A stretch of DNA of 63,875 bases, filler included, from Actinomycetota bacterium (lineage in GTDB: Bacteria; Actinomycetota; Acidimicrobiia; IMCC26256; VFJJ01), in NCBI GenBank assembly GCA_009886115.1. It is 5 parts of 5 records of this genome, joined end to end, with 100 filler letters (N's around TTAATTAATTAA, not from the genome) between each part and the next. Parts side by side here need not be neighbours in the genome. Positions count along the whole stretch, not along the records: positions 1 to 11,096 come from VFJJ01000061.1; 4 more parts are not named here. One strand, written 5' to 3'. The notes below the pieces were generated by a model. It worked only from the letters and a program-made list of their open reading frames with translations. It did no database searches and was not told the DNA's origin. How positions within the stretch are numbered: the first letter of the stretch is position 1; each line of letters starts with the position of its first letter. The position numbers and the translations under genes are program-made. Below are positions 1 through 8,825 of the stretch, piece by piece.

Positions 1-585
1 CCGCTCCCCCCGGCGCCAGCCCCAGCCCCAGGCCCAGCGGCTCCGACATCGGTCCCGGCGCCCGCGGCTCCTGCTTCGACCGGCGACTGCCGAAGCGTGA
101 TCGCTGCCCATGCCGACCGTCCTGCGGCGACCCTGAGTGCCGGCCAGGCCGCATCGGCGATCGTGTGCCTCACCAACGAGGCCCGGGCGGCGAACGGTGT
201 GGGACCGCTCGTGCTCAACTCGTTGCTGTCGAACGCAGCCAACGCTCACGGACGAGACGCGGTGGCCCAGCAGTGGTGGCTTCCGGGCGCCGACTGGCAC
301 ACATCTCCCCAAGGCTCGACGCCCCGAGATCGGGTTCTGGCCACCGGGTACTGCCCCGGACAACGGGCTCGGGTCATCGGCGAGAACCTGTACTGGGCCT
401 GGGGCCAGCCGGTCCCGACGGCGAGAGCTGCGGTGAACGGCTGGCTCAGCAGCCCGCCGCACCGGGCCAACCTGCTCGACGCCCGCTTCCTCGAGCTCGG
501 CGTCGCTGTCCTCCCCGGCGCCCCCCAACCGGGCACGTTCGCCAACGCCGCCGTGTTCGTTCAGGACCTCGGCATGTGCGGCTGA
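1..585 (+). CDS. CAP (SCP/PR-1) domain protein, 5'-truncated, with Pro/Ala-rich linker
   Basis: Frame is open from base 1 (PLPPAPAPAPGPAAPTS...). CAP motifs LTNEARAANG, AANAHGRD, GENL, WLSSPPHRANLL are present. Confidence 0.85.
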   Translation, partial: PLPPAPAPAPGPAAPTSVPAPAAPASTGDCRSVIAAHADRPAATLSAGQAASAIVCLTNEARAANGVGPLVLNSLLSNAANAHGRDAVAQQWWLPGADWHTSPQGSTPRDRVLATGYCPGQRARVIGENLYWAWGQPVPTARAAVNGWLSSPPHRANLLDARFLELGVAVLPGAPQPGTFANAAVFVQDLGMCG

Positions 586-667
586 GTTGAGCCGTCCGCT
601 CGGCCGGGTCGAACGACACCGGTCTGAAGCGTGAACGAGCGAGGAGCCCGGCACCGTTCGACCACCC

Positions 668-1501
668 TCAGCGCAGCACGGAGGCGGCCGCTCGGTACAA
701 GACGCGGGCCCGCTCCCCCGACCCATGAGAGCGGGCCAGCAGATCCGACTGCACCTCGACGCTGAGCGGCGTTCCCTGGGGCACGACGGCGAGCAGCGCA
801 CGGAGGGGCAGGGCACCTTCTCCTGGAGGGAGCCGACGGTGGCGGGCCTCGCCGATCAGGTCGTCGAGTGCGACCGGGGAGACCCGGGAAACCTCCGAGG
901 CCCGGGAGCCGAGTGCGACCGGGGAGACCGGGGAGACCGGGGAGACCGGGGAGACCGCATCGCAGAGCTGCACCCACCCCAGTCGGCCGGAAGCCACCAC
1001 AGCATCGAGGTCGGCGACCCCCGCGCCCACACGGGTGTGGTGCAGCACATCGACGACGATCGACACCCCCGTCGCCGTCGCCATCTCGATCGCCCCCGCA
1101 GGTGTGCTCGGCGTCGTCCACGCCATGTACTCCATGCCCACCGTGACGCCCACGGCCCGGGCTGCGTCGCTCACCTGGCCCAGGCGGTCGATCGTCGCCC
1201 CGACGTCGGTATCGTCCGAGACCACGAGCAGCGAGCGGGCGCCGACGATCGCCGCGGCATCGATCAGCCAGGCTGGCAACGACCACTCGGCGGTGATCCG
1301 GTGGACCTCGATGTCGAGCACGACGATCCCGAGATCGTCGACCCTGCGGCGCAGTCGAACCAGCCCCGCCTCGTCGAGTCGATGCTCCCCAGACAGCCGC
1401 AGCCCGATCCCGTCGAATCCCGCGAGCGCTGCCGCCTCCGCAACCTCGAAGGGATCAGCGTCGAGCATGCAGCCAGCAGCCAGACAGACCAAACGTGCCA
1501 T
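668..1501 (-). CDS. Sugar-phosphate isomerase/epimerase family (AP endonuclease 2 TIM barrel)
   Basis: AAALAGFDGIGL, MEYM, VDVLHH, VQLCDA, RLPPGEG, SVEV motifs. ATG at 1501 chosen; the ORF track starts at 1552. Confidence 0.8.
   Translation of the reverse strand: MARLVCLAAGCMLDADPFEVAEAAALAGFDGIGLRLSGEHRLDEAGLVRLRRRVDDLGIVVLDIEVHRITAEWSLPAWLIDAAAIVGARSLLVVSDDTDVGATIDRLGQVSDAARAVGVTVGMEYMAWTTPSTPAGAIEMATATGVSIVVDVLHHTRVGAGVADLDAVVASGRLGWVQLCDAVSPVSPVSPVSPVALGSRASEVSRVSPVALDDLIGEARHRRLPPGEGALPLRALLAVVPQGTPLSVEVQSDLLARSHGSGERARVLYRAAASVLR
865..957. repeat. In-frame 9-bp tandem repeat (GACCGGGGA x4.5 at 917-957) plus a 20-bp duplication (865-884 / 910-929)
   Basis: Read directly; encodes SPV-SPV-SPV insert in the isomerase. 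Confidence 0.9.
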
Positions 1502-1625
1502 GAAGTTCCTCGGGTCGATGCCGACGAGCGGCGAGCATTGTGCACCACGCACCGCCCACGAGATCGGCCCATCATGTCGTCGCGCGCACCGCCGGACCGG
1601 ACACGGTCCCGGTTAGCCTCCAACG

Positions 1626-1958
1626 ATGGACGTCGTTCGATCGATTGTGCTCTTCGTCGTGGCCGCGTTCGCCGAGATCGGCGGGGCCTGGCTGGTGTGG
1701 CAAGGCGCACGCGAGCACCGGGGAGTCGCCTTCATCGGCGCTGGGGTCGTGGCGCTGGGCGCGTACGGCTTCGTCGCCACGCTGCAACCCGACGCCAACT
1801 TCGGCCGAATCCTCGCCGCCTACGGGGGAATCTTCGTCGTGGGCTCCCTCGCGTGGGGCCGTGTCGTCGACGGCTACCACCCGGACCGGTTCGACATCGC
1901 CGGCGCTACCGTGTGCTTGGTGGGCATGAGCATCATCATGTACGCGCCGCGTGGCTGA
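1626..1958 (+). CDS. YnfA (UPF0060) small membrane protein
   Basis: 110 aa, 4 [15 protein letters not shown] and [13 protein letters not shown] signature. Confidence 0.9.
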   Translation: MDVVRSIVLFVVAAFAEIGGAWLVWQGAREHRGVAFIGAGVVALGAYGFVATLQPDANFGRILAAYGGIFVVGSLAWGRVVDGYHPDRFDIAGATVCLVGMSIIMYAPRG

Positions 1959-2051
1959 GTGGCTCAGCGGCTGAGAGGTCGTCACGCCAGACCATCGAGA
2001 TGCCAGGCGAACCGAACATCGGAGCCGAGCACCCGCTCAGGAGCGAACCGA

Positions 2052-2531
2052 ATGCATGCGCTGTCAACCACGGCACCGAGCTTCGTCGAGATGGCCCACC
2101 GCATCGTGTGGAGCATCGGCGCGACCACCGATCCACGCGGGCACCCCACGACTCGGGTCCTGCACCCGATATGGGAGTGGGATGGAGCTGAGCTCACAGG
2201 CTGGATCGCCACATCGCCCCTCTCGCCCAAGGCGGCCCACCTCGAACGCACGCCGTCGCTCTCGCTCACCTACTGGGCCCACAACCACGACACGTGCTCG
2301 GCAGACTGCACCGCCGAGTGGGAGTCCACACCCGAGACCGTCGAGGCGGGATGGCGTCGGTTCGAGCACGGGCCCGAACCCGTCGGCTACGACCCCGCCA
2401 TCGTCCCCGGGTGGGACTCGCCGAGCGCTCCAACGTTCGGAGTGCTGCGGCTGGTGCCCCACCGGCTGCGCGTGATGCCCGGTTCGGTCATGCTCGCAGG
2501 CCGGGGCGAGGTGCTCAGCTGGCGTCGTTGA
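2052..2531 (+). CDS. Pyridoxamine 5'-phosphate oxidase-like (split-barrel flavin/F420-binding) protein
   Basis: ATTDPRGHPTTRVLHPIW, SPKAAHL..PSLSLTYW pattern. Start inferred at ATG 2052. Confidence 0.7.
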   Translation: MHALSTTAPSFVEMAHRIVWSIGATTDPRGHPTTRVLHPIWEWDGAELTGWIATSPLSPKAAHLERTPSLSLTYWAHNHDTCSADCTAEWESTPETVEAGWRRFEHGPEPVGYDPAIVPGWDSPSAPTFGVLRLVPHRLRVMPGSVMLAGRGEVLSWRR

Positions 2532-2689
2532 CGCCAGCGGCGAGCCCACCCGTGCACCCGGTATCTAGACTCACGCCGCCCAAGCGGCCACCCCGACAGT
2601 GACGGTTCAACGAAGCTCGCCGTCGCCGACCGTCCAGCACAGCAGCCCACAATCCAGCCCATCCGTTCGCACCACATTGAGGAGCCCCG

Positions 2690-3199
2690 ATGGCCCGTCT
2701 CGAAATCCCTCCGGGCGACACCGACGATCTGTATCGCCTGTTCGGCCTGGCGCCGCACGTGAGTGAAGCTGCTGCGGCGCTCTCAGCCGCGGTGTACGGC
2801 AACAGCAAGCTGCCGGTGAGGGTCCGCGAGCTCATGCGCATGCGCATCGCCCAGATCAACGATTGCCACATCTGACTCGACACCCGAGCTGCGTCGTTGG
2901 CGCAGCACCAGCTTTCCGATGACGACTACGCGCACGTGTCCGACTGGGCCACCTGGACCGGCTACTCCGAAGCCGACCGGCTCGGGATCGCCTTCGCCGA
3001 GAAGTTCGCGCTGAGCCACCACGAACTCGACGACGCGTTCTTCAGCAGGATGAAGCAGCACTACACCGACGCCGAGATCTTCGAGATATCGGTGGCCGTC
3101 GGAACCTGGATGGCCATGGGGCGTATCACGATGATCATGGACGTGCACGTGTCGTGCCCGCTCGTCCTGAGCCTGGACGAGCCCGCTCCCGTCAGGTAG
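2690..3199 (+). CDS. AhpD/carboxymuconolactone-decarboxylase-like probable selenoprotein (CxxU, Sec at codon 62)
   Basis: ORFs 2690-2875 and 2897-3199 share one frame. TGA 2873-2875 falls in RELMRMRIAQINDCHI*LDTR, the CxxC position of the AhpD/CMD family. RBS GAGGAG lies upstream and a hairpin downstream. Confidence 0.8.
2888..2906 (+). promoter_or_regulatory. Putative bacterial SECIS hairpin
   Basis: GCTGCGTC-GTT-GGCGCAGC, 8-bp stem with one G-U pair, beginning 12 nt after the TGA. Loop G at +21. Confidence 0.6.
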
Positions 3200-3227
3200 G
3201 TCGATCAGGCAGGAGTCGAGGCCGGCC

Positions 3228-4259
3228 ATGGAACACCGGGTGCTGGGTTCGACGGGCATCAGCGTCTCGACGCTGGCGCTGGGCGCCATGATGTTCGGGC
3301 GCGCATTCGGTACCGACGACGACGACTGCGTTCGTATGGTGCACCGGGCCCTCGACGCCGGCGTGAACATGATCGACACGGCCGACGTGTACTCCGCGGG
3401 TCATTCCGAGGAGATCGTGGGACGAGCCATCGGCCGACGGCGCGACGATGTCGTCGTCGCCACGAAGTTCGGGGCCCGGTTCGGTGGCGACGTGATGCGT
3501 TCGGGTGGCTCGCGCCGACACATCGTGCGCTCGGTCGAGGCCAGCCTCAGACGGCTCGGCACCGATCGGATTGACCTGTACCAGATCCACCGGCCCGATC
3601 CTGCTGCCGACATCGACGAAACGCTGGCTGCGCTGAGCGATCTGGTGCACCACGGCAAGGTGCTCGTGGCCGGCGGATCGAACTTCACCGCCGAGGGGAT
3701 CGTCGAAGCCCGCTGGGCCGCCGAGCGCCGAGGACGAGTCCCGATGCGCACGGAGCAGATGGCGTACTCGATCTTCGCCCGCGCCGGTGAATACGACGTG
3801 CTCCCCACGTGTCAACGCCACGGCCTCGGGGTTCTGGTCTGGAGCCCGCTCAACGGTGGCTGGCTCACCGGCCGGTACCGCCGGTCGACGGTCGGCGCTC
3901 TCGAGCTCACGGCTCGAGGACGCGGCGCACCTCGGCACTTCGACATGGACCGCTCCCAGAACCAGCGCAAGCTCGATCTCGTCGAGGACCTGACGATCGT
4001 GGCCGCCGATGTCGGCCTGTCGTTGATCGAGCTGGCCAACGCCTTCGTGCTCGCCCATTCCGCCGTGTCGACCACGATCATCGGGCCCCGCACCATGGAA
4101 CAGCTCGACGGGCTGCTCGCGGGCGCCGACGTCCGCCTCGACGTCGCCACGCTCGACCGAATCGATTCGCTCGTGGCGCCGGGCGTCAACGTGTCACCCG
4201 ACTGGCAGACCTACGACCATTCCAAGCCCTCGCTGCGAGGACACGTCATCGAACGGTGA
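3228..4259 (+). CDS. Aldo/keto reductase
   Basis: LGAMMFG, IDTADVY, VATK, SLRRLGTDRIDLYQIH, WSPLNGGWL. Confidence 0.92.
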   Translation: MEHRVLGSTGISVSTLALGAMMFGRAFGTDDDDCVRMVHRALDAGVNMIDTADVYSAGHSEEIVGRAIGRRRDDVVVATKFGARFGGDVMRSGGSRRHIVRSVEASLRRLGTDRIDLYQIHRPDPAADIDETLAALSDLVHHGKVLVAGGSNFTAEGIVEARWAAERRGRVPMRTEQMAYSIFARAGEYDVLPTCQRHGLGVLVWSPLNGGWLTGRYRRSTVGALELTARGRGAPRHFDMDRSQNQRKLDLVEDLTIVAADVGLSLIELANAFVLAHSAVSTTIIGPRTMEQLDGLLAGADVRLDVATLDRIDSLVAPGVNVSPDWQTYDHSKPSLRGHVIER

Positions 4260-4274
4260 CAGCCGCCCGTCCTC

Positions 4275-4733
4275 GTGGCGGGGTCTCGGGTTGGGCTTGT
4301 CGGAGTACCGTCGACGGTCGTGCCGAACCTGCCGAACCTGCCGAGCATCGTGGGGTTGCTGGTGATCGGGCTCGTGGTGCTCGGCGCGTCGTGGGTTCTG
4401 ATGATCGTGCTGGCCCGACGGCTGCCACCCGGGACGGCTCGCGACCTCGTGAGCTTCCTGCCCGCGTTCGCGACGACCATGCGCAGGCTCCGAGGCCATC
4501 CCGAGGTTCCCCGACGGGCTCGCCTCGCCATCGGTATCGCCTTGGTCTGGGTGATCTCCCCGATCGATCTCATCCCCGAGTTCCTGCCGGTGATCGGGCC
4601 GCTCGACGATGTGGTCGTCGTCGCTCTCGCGCTCAGGTACGCCGCCCGTCGAGTGCCACGCCAGGTGCTGCTCGACGCCTGGCCCGGCGACCCGGCCCTC
4701 CTTGTCAGGTTGATCGGCTCGAATGGCCGATAA
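4275..4733 (+). CDS. YkvA / DUF1232 family membrane protein
   Basis: WVISPIDLIPEFLPVIGPLDD signature. Start uncertain (GTG 4320 possible). PNL-PNL 9-bp repeat at 4321-4347. Confidence 0.85.
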   Translation: MAGSRVGLVGVPSTVVPNLPNLPSIVGLLVIGLVVLGASWVLMIVLARRLPPGTARDLVSFLPAFATTMRRLRGHPEVPRRARLAIGIALVWVISPIDLIPEFLPVIGPLDDVVVVALALRYAARRVPRQVLLDAWPGDPALLVRLIGSNGR

Positions 4734-4742
4734 CTGTCCGCT

Positions 4743-5444
4743 TCAAGCACCCGGATCGGTGCTCGCGCCGCCGAACACCGGCCCGTCGTGGCGGTCGATC
4801 GTCGTGAACTCCTCGACCGGACGCCGGCGCAGTCGCGTCACGTGCTTCACGGGATGGCCGAGGACGATCATCGCGGCCAAGACGTGATCGTCGGGGAGGT
4901 GCAGCACCGGCCGCATGGCCGGCTCCTCGCGAACGACGAACGTGGTGAGCACGCCAGCCAGACCCTCGTCGCGGGCCGCCAGCATGATGTTCTGGCAGAA
5001 CGGGTAGATCGAGGCGCCGCCGACGATGTGCTCCCGATCGAGATCGACGTCCATGAGGGCCAGCGCCGTGAGCCGCACCGAGACCACGAGCAACACGGGA
5101 GCGCCAACGAGCTGATCGACCAAGGTTGACGGATGGTCGGAGGCCCGGGCCGCCGCCAGGTCGATCGCCGCGCCGTGCCAACGGAGATCGGCGCCCGGCG
5201 CGAACGGGCGGTAACCGGCAGCCCGCTGGGCGGCGTACTCGTTCCACACGGGCAGCACGTGCCGACCGATCGCGGCTCGAATCGCGCCGTCCTTCACCAC
5301 CGTGACGTGCCAGGCCTGCTCGTTGCCGCCGCTGGGCGCGAAGCGAGCCAGGTCGAGCACCCGATACACCACGTCGTCGCCCACGGGACGGCCGTCGAAT
5401 TCCCGAGCCGCGCCCGTCGAACGCATCGCCGCCGAGAGTTCCAT
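4743..5444 (-). CDS. Nitroreductase family protein
   Basis: MRSTGAAREF, ARFAPSGGNEQAW, GASIYPFCQNIMLAARDEGL. ATG at 5444. Confidence 0.88.
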   Translation of the reverse strand: MELSAAMRSTGAAREFDGRPVGDDVVYRVLDLARFAPSGGNEQAWHVTVVKDGAIRAAIGRHVLPVWNEYAAQRAAGYRPFAPGADLRWHGAAIDLAAARASDHPSTLVDQLVGAPVLLVVSVRLTALALMDVDLDREHIVGGASIYPFCQNIMLAARDEGLAGVLTTFVVREEPAMRPVLHLPDDHVLAAMIVLGHPVKHVTRLRRRPVEEFTTIDRHDGPVFGGASTDPGA

Positions 5445-5550
5445 GGCGCTGACCGTAGAGCGCCCGAGGCCGGTCCGACCACCGAGCGATCGTGCCCGGC
5501 GTGCCGTGCCGGTCCCGGGGTGCGAGCATGCGCGACCACTCCCCCGCTGG

Positions 5551-5600
5551 CACCTGGACACCTGGACACCTGGACACCTGGACACCTGGACACCTGGACA
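5551..5600. repeat. Intergenic 8-bp tandem repeat (CACCTGGA x6)
   Basis: Six perfect copies ending 3 nt before the RBS (GAAGGAG 5604-5610) of the next gene. Confidence 0.95.
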
Positions 5601-5615
5601 AGAGAAGGAGCGCTC

Positions 5616-6659
5616 ATGGCGGCGACCAATGTCGGCGTGGTGCTCGCCCGGTACCCCCACGGCACGGCAACGGTCGACGACTTCGCCGTCGTCGACGTCG
5701 AGACTCCCCCGCTCGACGCGGGCGACGTGCTCGTCCGCAACGTGTACCTCTCGTGCGATCCCTACCTACGCGGGCACATGGCCCCCGGCGGATCTCCGCT
5801 CGGGCAACCGATCACGGCTCGCACCGTGGGCGTTGTCGAGGAGTCCCGGCATCGCTCGTACCAGCCCGGCGAGATCGTGTGGGGATTCCTGCGCTGGGAG
5901 CGGTACACGCACGTACGAAGCGGTGACGGGCTCACACGCGTCGATCCTGCGCTCGGTCCGATCCGCTTCGCAGTCAGCGTGCTCGGGATGCCCGGGCTCA
6001 CCGCGTACGTCGGCGCCATCGAGATCGGACGCCCCGAGCCCGGTCAGACCGTGCTGGTCTCAGCAGCATCGGGTGCGGTGGGATCGGTCGCCGGTCAGCT
6101 CGCCCGACTCGCCGGCGCCCGGGTCGTCGGCAGCGTCGGCCGTCCCGAGAAGGTCGCACACGTCATGAGAACCCTCGGCTTCGACGCCGCATTCGACCAT
6201 CGCGTGGCGACGGCAGCCGGGACCGACGGGCGCGGTCTGAGCGAGGCCCTGGAGCAGCAGTGCCCGGAAGGGATCGACGTGTACTTCGAGAACGTCGGCG
6301 GGCCGCTCCTCGAGGCCGTGCTCGAGCGCCTCAACCCGCACGCCCGGATCGCGGTGTGCGGCATGATCGCCGAGTACGAGCAGCCGCCCGAGGTCGGTCC
6401 AGCCGGCATCCGGGGTCTCGCCAACATCCTGCGGACCCGTTCCACCATGACCGGGTTCTCGATCGGCGACCACGTCCACAAGCTCCCCGAGTTCGTCGTG
6501 CGGATGAGTGCTTGGATGCGCTCGGGTCAGGTCGTGTTTCCCGACGACATCGTCGACGGGATCGAGCAGACCCCGGCAGCCTTCGTGGGAATGATGCGCG
6601 GCGACCACATCGGCAAGCGCATGGTGCGCGTGAGCGACGACCCCCACCCCGACTCCTGA
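5616..6659 (+). CDS. NADP-dependent oxidoreductase (MDR, prostaglandin reductase/CurA-like)
   Basis: YLSCDPYLRG, LGMPGLTAY, VSAASGAVGS, YFENVGG, CGMIAEY. RBS GAAGGAG. Confidence 0.9.
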   Translation: MAATNVGVVLARYPHGTATVDDFAVVDVETPPLDAGDVLVRNVYLSCDPYLRGHMAPGGSPLGQPITARTVGVVEESRHRSYQPGEIVWGFLRWERYTHVRSGDGLTRVDPALGPIRFAVSVLGMPGLTAYVGAIEIGRPEPGQTVLVSAASGAVGSVAGQLARLAGARVVGSVGRPEKVAHVMRTLGFDAAFDHRVATAAGTDGRGLSEALEQQCPEGIDVYFENVGGPLLEAVLERLNPHARIAVCGMIAEYEQPPEVGPAGIRGLANILRTRSTMTGFSIGDHVHKLPEFVVRMSAWMRSGQVVFPDDIVDGIEQTPAAFVGMMRGDHIGKRMVRVSDDPHPDS

Positions 6660-6844
6660 CGGACGACGGGGCCTCGTCCTCGCTGGCGCCACCCGGGGCC
6701 GCGATCGACCCGGGCGACCTCACGAAGCCGCCCGTCGCTGTGCAACCATGGGTCATGCCCGTGCTCGACGATCCTGCCGACCGCCACCGGTCGGAGACGC
6801 TGGCCGTCGTGCACCCGCCGCGCCCTCGACGCTCTCCCTGACCC

Positions 6845-8254
6845 GTGCCCAGACACCGATCCCGATCGAGGGGCGACCTCCGAGCGAGCTCGCCCTCGCG
6901 CACCACCGGGGTCATGCCCTTGCGCACGGCAACGCGAACCTGGTTCAGCATCTCGTTGCGCACCTTCGGCGGCCCGGCCGGCCAGATCGCCGTGATGCAC
7001 AACGAGCTCGTTGACCAACGGCGCTGGATCGGCGAGCAGCGCTTCCTGCATGCCGTGTCGTATTGCACGCTGCTTCCCGGGCCAGAAGCCCAGCAGCTCG
7101 CCATCTACCTCGGCTGGCTGCTCAACGGCACCGTGGGCGGGCTCATCGCCGGCACCTTGTTCGTGCTCCCGGGCTACGTCGCGCTCATGGGCCTCTCGGC
7201 GATCTACGTGAAATGGGGCCCGACCGATGCCGTGACCGCGATGTTCGCGGGGTTGGGTCCGGCCGTGCTGGCGATCGTGTCGCAAGCGGTCTGGCGGGTG
7301 GGCGTCAGGACGCTGAAGCACCGGATGCTGGTTGTCATCGCCGTCGGCGCCTTCGCCGGCCTCTACCTGTTCGACCTGCCGTTCCCGATCGTCATCGGAG
7401 CAGCCGGCCTCACCGGCTACCTCCTCCACCGGGCCCGACCCGAACCGCCGTCGCTGCCGTCGTCGCCCCCGAGCACCGAAGCCGAGCTCGAACCGGCTCC
7501 GCTCATCGCCGACGATGCGCTTCACGGCGAACGTCCATCGCGCGGGCGCGCGGCGCGAATCCTCGGAATCGGCCTGGTGCTGTGGGCCACACCGGTGATC
7601 ATCGCCGCGATCACCCTGGGCCGCTCCCACGTGCTGGTCGACCAGGGGCTGTTCTTCTCGGGCACCGCGGTGGTCACCTTCGGGGGTGCCTACGCCGTGC
7701 TCTCGTTCGTCGCTCAGCGCGCCGTCGACGTCTACGGCTGGCTGACGCCGGGCGAGATGATCAACGGCCTGGCCCTGGCCGAGACCACGCCGGGACCGCT
7801 CATCATGGTGGTGCAGTTCGTGGGATTCCTCGGTGCGTACCGCAATCCCGGAGATCTCGACCCGTGGCTCGCCGCGATCCTCGGAGCAACGCTGGTCGTC
7901 TGGGTGACGTTCGTCCCGTGTTTCTTGTTCGTGTTCCTCGGCGCCCCGCACGTCGAGGGATTGCGTCACAACCGGGCGCTCTCGGCCGCGCTCACGGCCA
8001 TCACCGCAGCCGTCGTCGGCGTCATCGCCAACCTGTCGGTCGCCTTCTCCCTCCACACGTTGTTCCGTCGCACCACCACACACGACTGGGGTCCACTCCA
8101 GGTGGTCGGGCCGGTCTGGTCGACCGTCAGCTTCCGAGCGATTGCCGTGACCGCGCTGGCTTTCCTGCTCGTCTTTCGCTTCAAGCTCGGCGTGCTGCGC
8201 GTCCTCGCCGTGTGTGCCGTGGTTGGCGCAGCGTTGTACCTCGCCGCCCAGTGA
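6845..8254 (+). CDS. chrA: Chromate efflux transporter (long-chain CHR family)
   Basis: FGGPAGQIAVMH, LLPGPEAQQLA, VTFGGAYAVL, ETTPGPLIMVV. Start 6845 or ATG 6914. Confidence 0.93.
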   Translation: MPRHRSRSRGDLRASSPSRTTGVMPLRTATRTWFSISLRTFGGPAGQIAVMHNELVDQRRWIGEQRFLHAVSYCTLLPGPEAQQLAIYLGWLLNGTVGGLIAGTLFVLPGYVALMGLSAIYVKWGPTDAVTAMFAGLGPAVLAIVSQAVWRVGVRTLKHRMLVVIAVGAFAGLYLFDLPFPIVIGAAGLTGYLLHRARPEPPSLPSSPPSTEAELEPAPLIADDALHGERPSRGRAARILGIGLVLWATPVIIAAITLGRSHVLVDQGLFFSGTAVVTFGGAYAVLSFVAQRAVDVYGWLTPGEMINGLALAETTPGPLIMVVQFVGFLGAYRNPGDLDPWLAAILGATLVVWVTFVPCFLFVFLGAPHVEGLRHNRALSAALTAITAAVVGVIANLSVAFSLHTLFRRTTTHDWGPLQVVGPVWSTVSFRAIAVTALAFLLVFRFKLGVLRVLAVCAVVGAALYLAAQ

Positions 8255-8353
8255 GCTGTCGCTCCCGCCAATCGATCGTCTGCACAGGGAGCGATCGGTA
8301 GGAGCTCGCGCCCCACCCGGGCGGGCCGGCGCCTCGCGATACCTTCGAGCGCG

Positions 8354-8580
8354 TGGCCCGAGCAGAACACGCCCGACGGGTCGATGCTGCACTCGGTCAA
8401 CGTCGACCCGCGTGACCCTGCGCACATGTAGATCGCCCTGTCGTCGGGCGGCGTGTTCGAGACCACCGACCGCGGCGGAGACTGGCGACCCCTCAACGCT
8501 GGCTGCCTGTCGCCGATGCATCCCGATCCGACGTCCGAGCCCGAGTTCGGCCACGACCCGCACTGCGTGCGTGCGCATCC
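8354..8580 (+). pseudogene. Remnant of a BNR/Asp-box beta-propeller (glycosyl-hydrolase-like) gene
   Basis: WPEQNTPDGSMLHSVNVDPRDPAHM*IALSSGGVFETTDRGGDW...GHDPHC. In-frame TAG at 8429-8431; both N- and C-terminal parts are missing. Confidence 0.7.
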
Positions 8581-8825
8581 CGAGCCCGCTGCGCTCGTAC
8601 ACCGGCCAGGCCACCGTGGCCGAGGCCCGAGGGACGACCGTCGACGAGATCCTGAGCGACCTCGACCGGCAGTATCCCGGTATCCGATTCCGGATCGTCG
8701 ACGAGCAGGGACGACTCCGGCGCCACATGCGGGTGTTCGTCAACGACGAGATGACCCGCGACCTCGCGACGATCGTCATGTCCGACGACGAGGTCACGCT
8801 CCTTCAGGCGCTCTCTGGCGGGTAG
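8571..8825 (+). CDS. MoaD/ThiS family sulfur-carrier protein
   Basis: VRIPSPLRSYTG...VFVN...ALSGG* with C-terminal di-Gly. GTG start at 8571 inferred. Confidence 0.85.
   Translation: MRIPSPLRSYTGQATVAEARGTTVDEILSDLDRQYPGIRFRIVDEQGRLRRHMRVFVNDEMTRDLATIVMSDDEVTLLQALSGG

Noticed and set aside
5551..5600. Tandem repeats (also 15902, 30758) as possible CRISPR arrays
   Set aside because: Units are 8-29 bp and directly adjacent with no unique spacers; no cas genes in the window.
6660..6844. Possible gene fragment between the oxidoreductase and chrA (IDPGDLTKPPVAVQPWVMPVLDDP)
   Set aside because: Looks coding-like but has no start or RBS and no family I can recognise.
8429..8431. In-frame TAG as pyrrolysine or other recoding
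   Set aside because: It lies in a fragment lacking both ends; a nonsense mutation of a Tyr codon in a relic is simpler.
6527..8797. Long antisense or alternate-frame ORFs (e.g. 6527-8797, 43452-45806, 51318-53771, 55729-57540)
   Set aside because: Shadow ORFs opposite well-supported genes, expected in high-GC DNA; no recognisable motifs.
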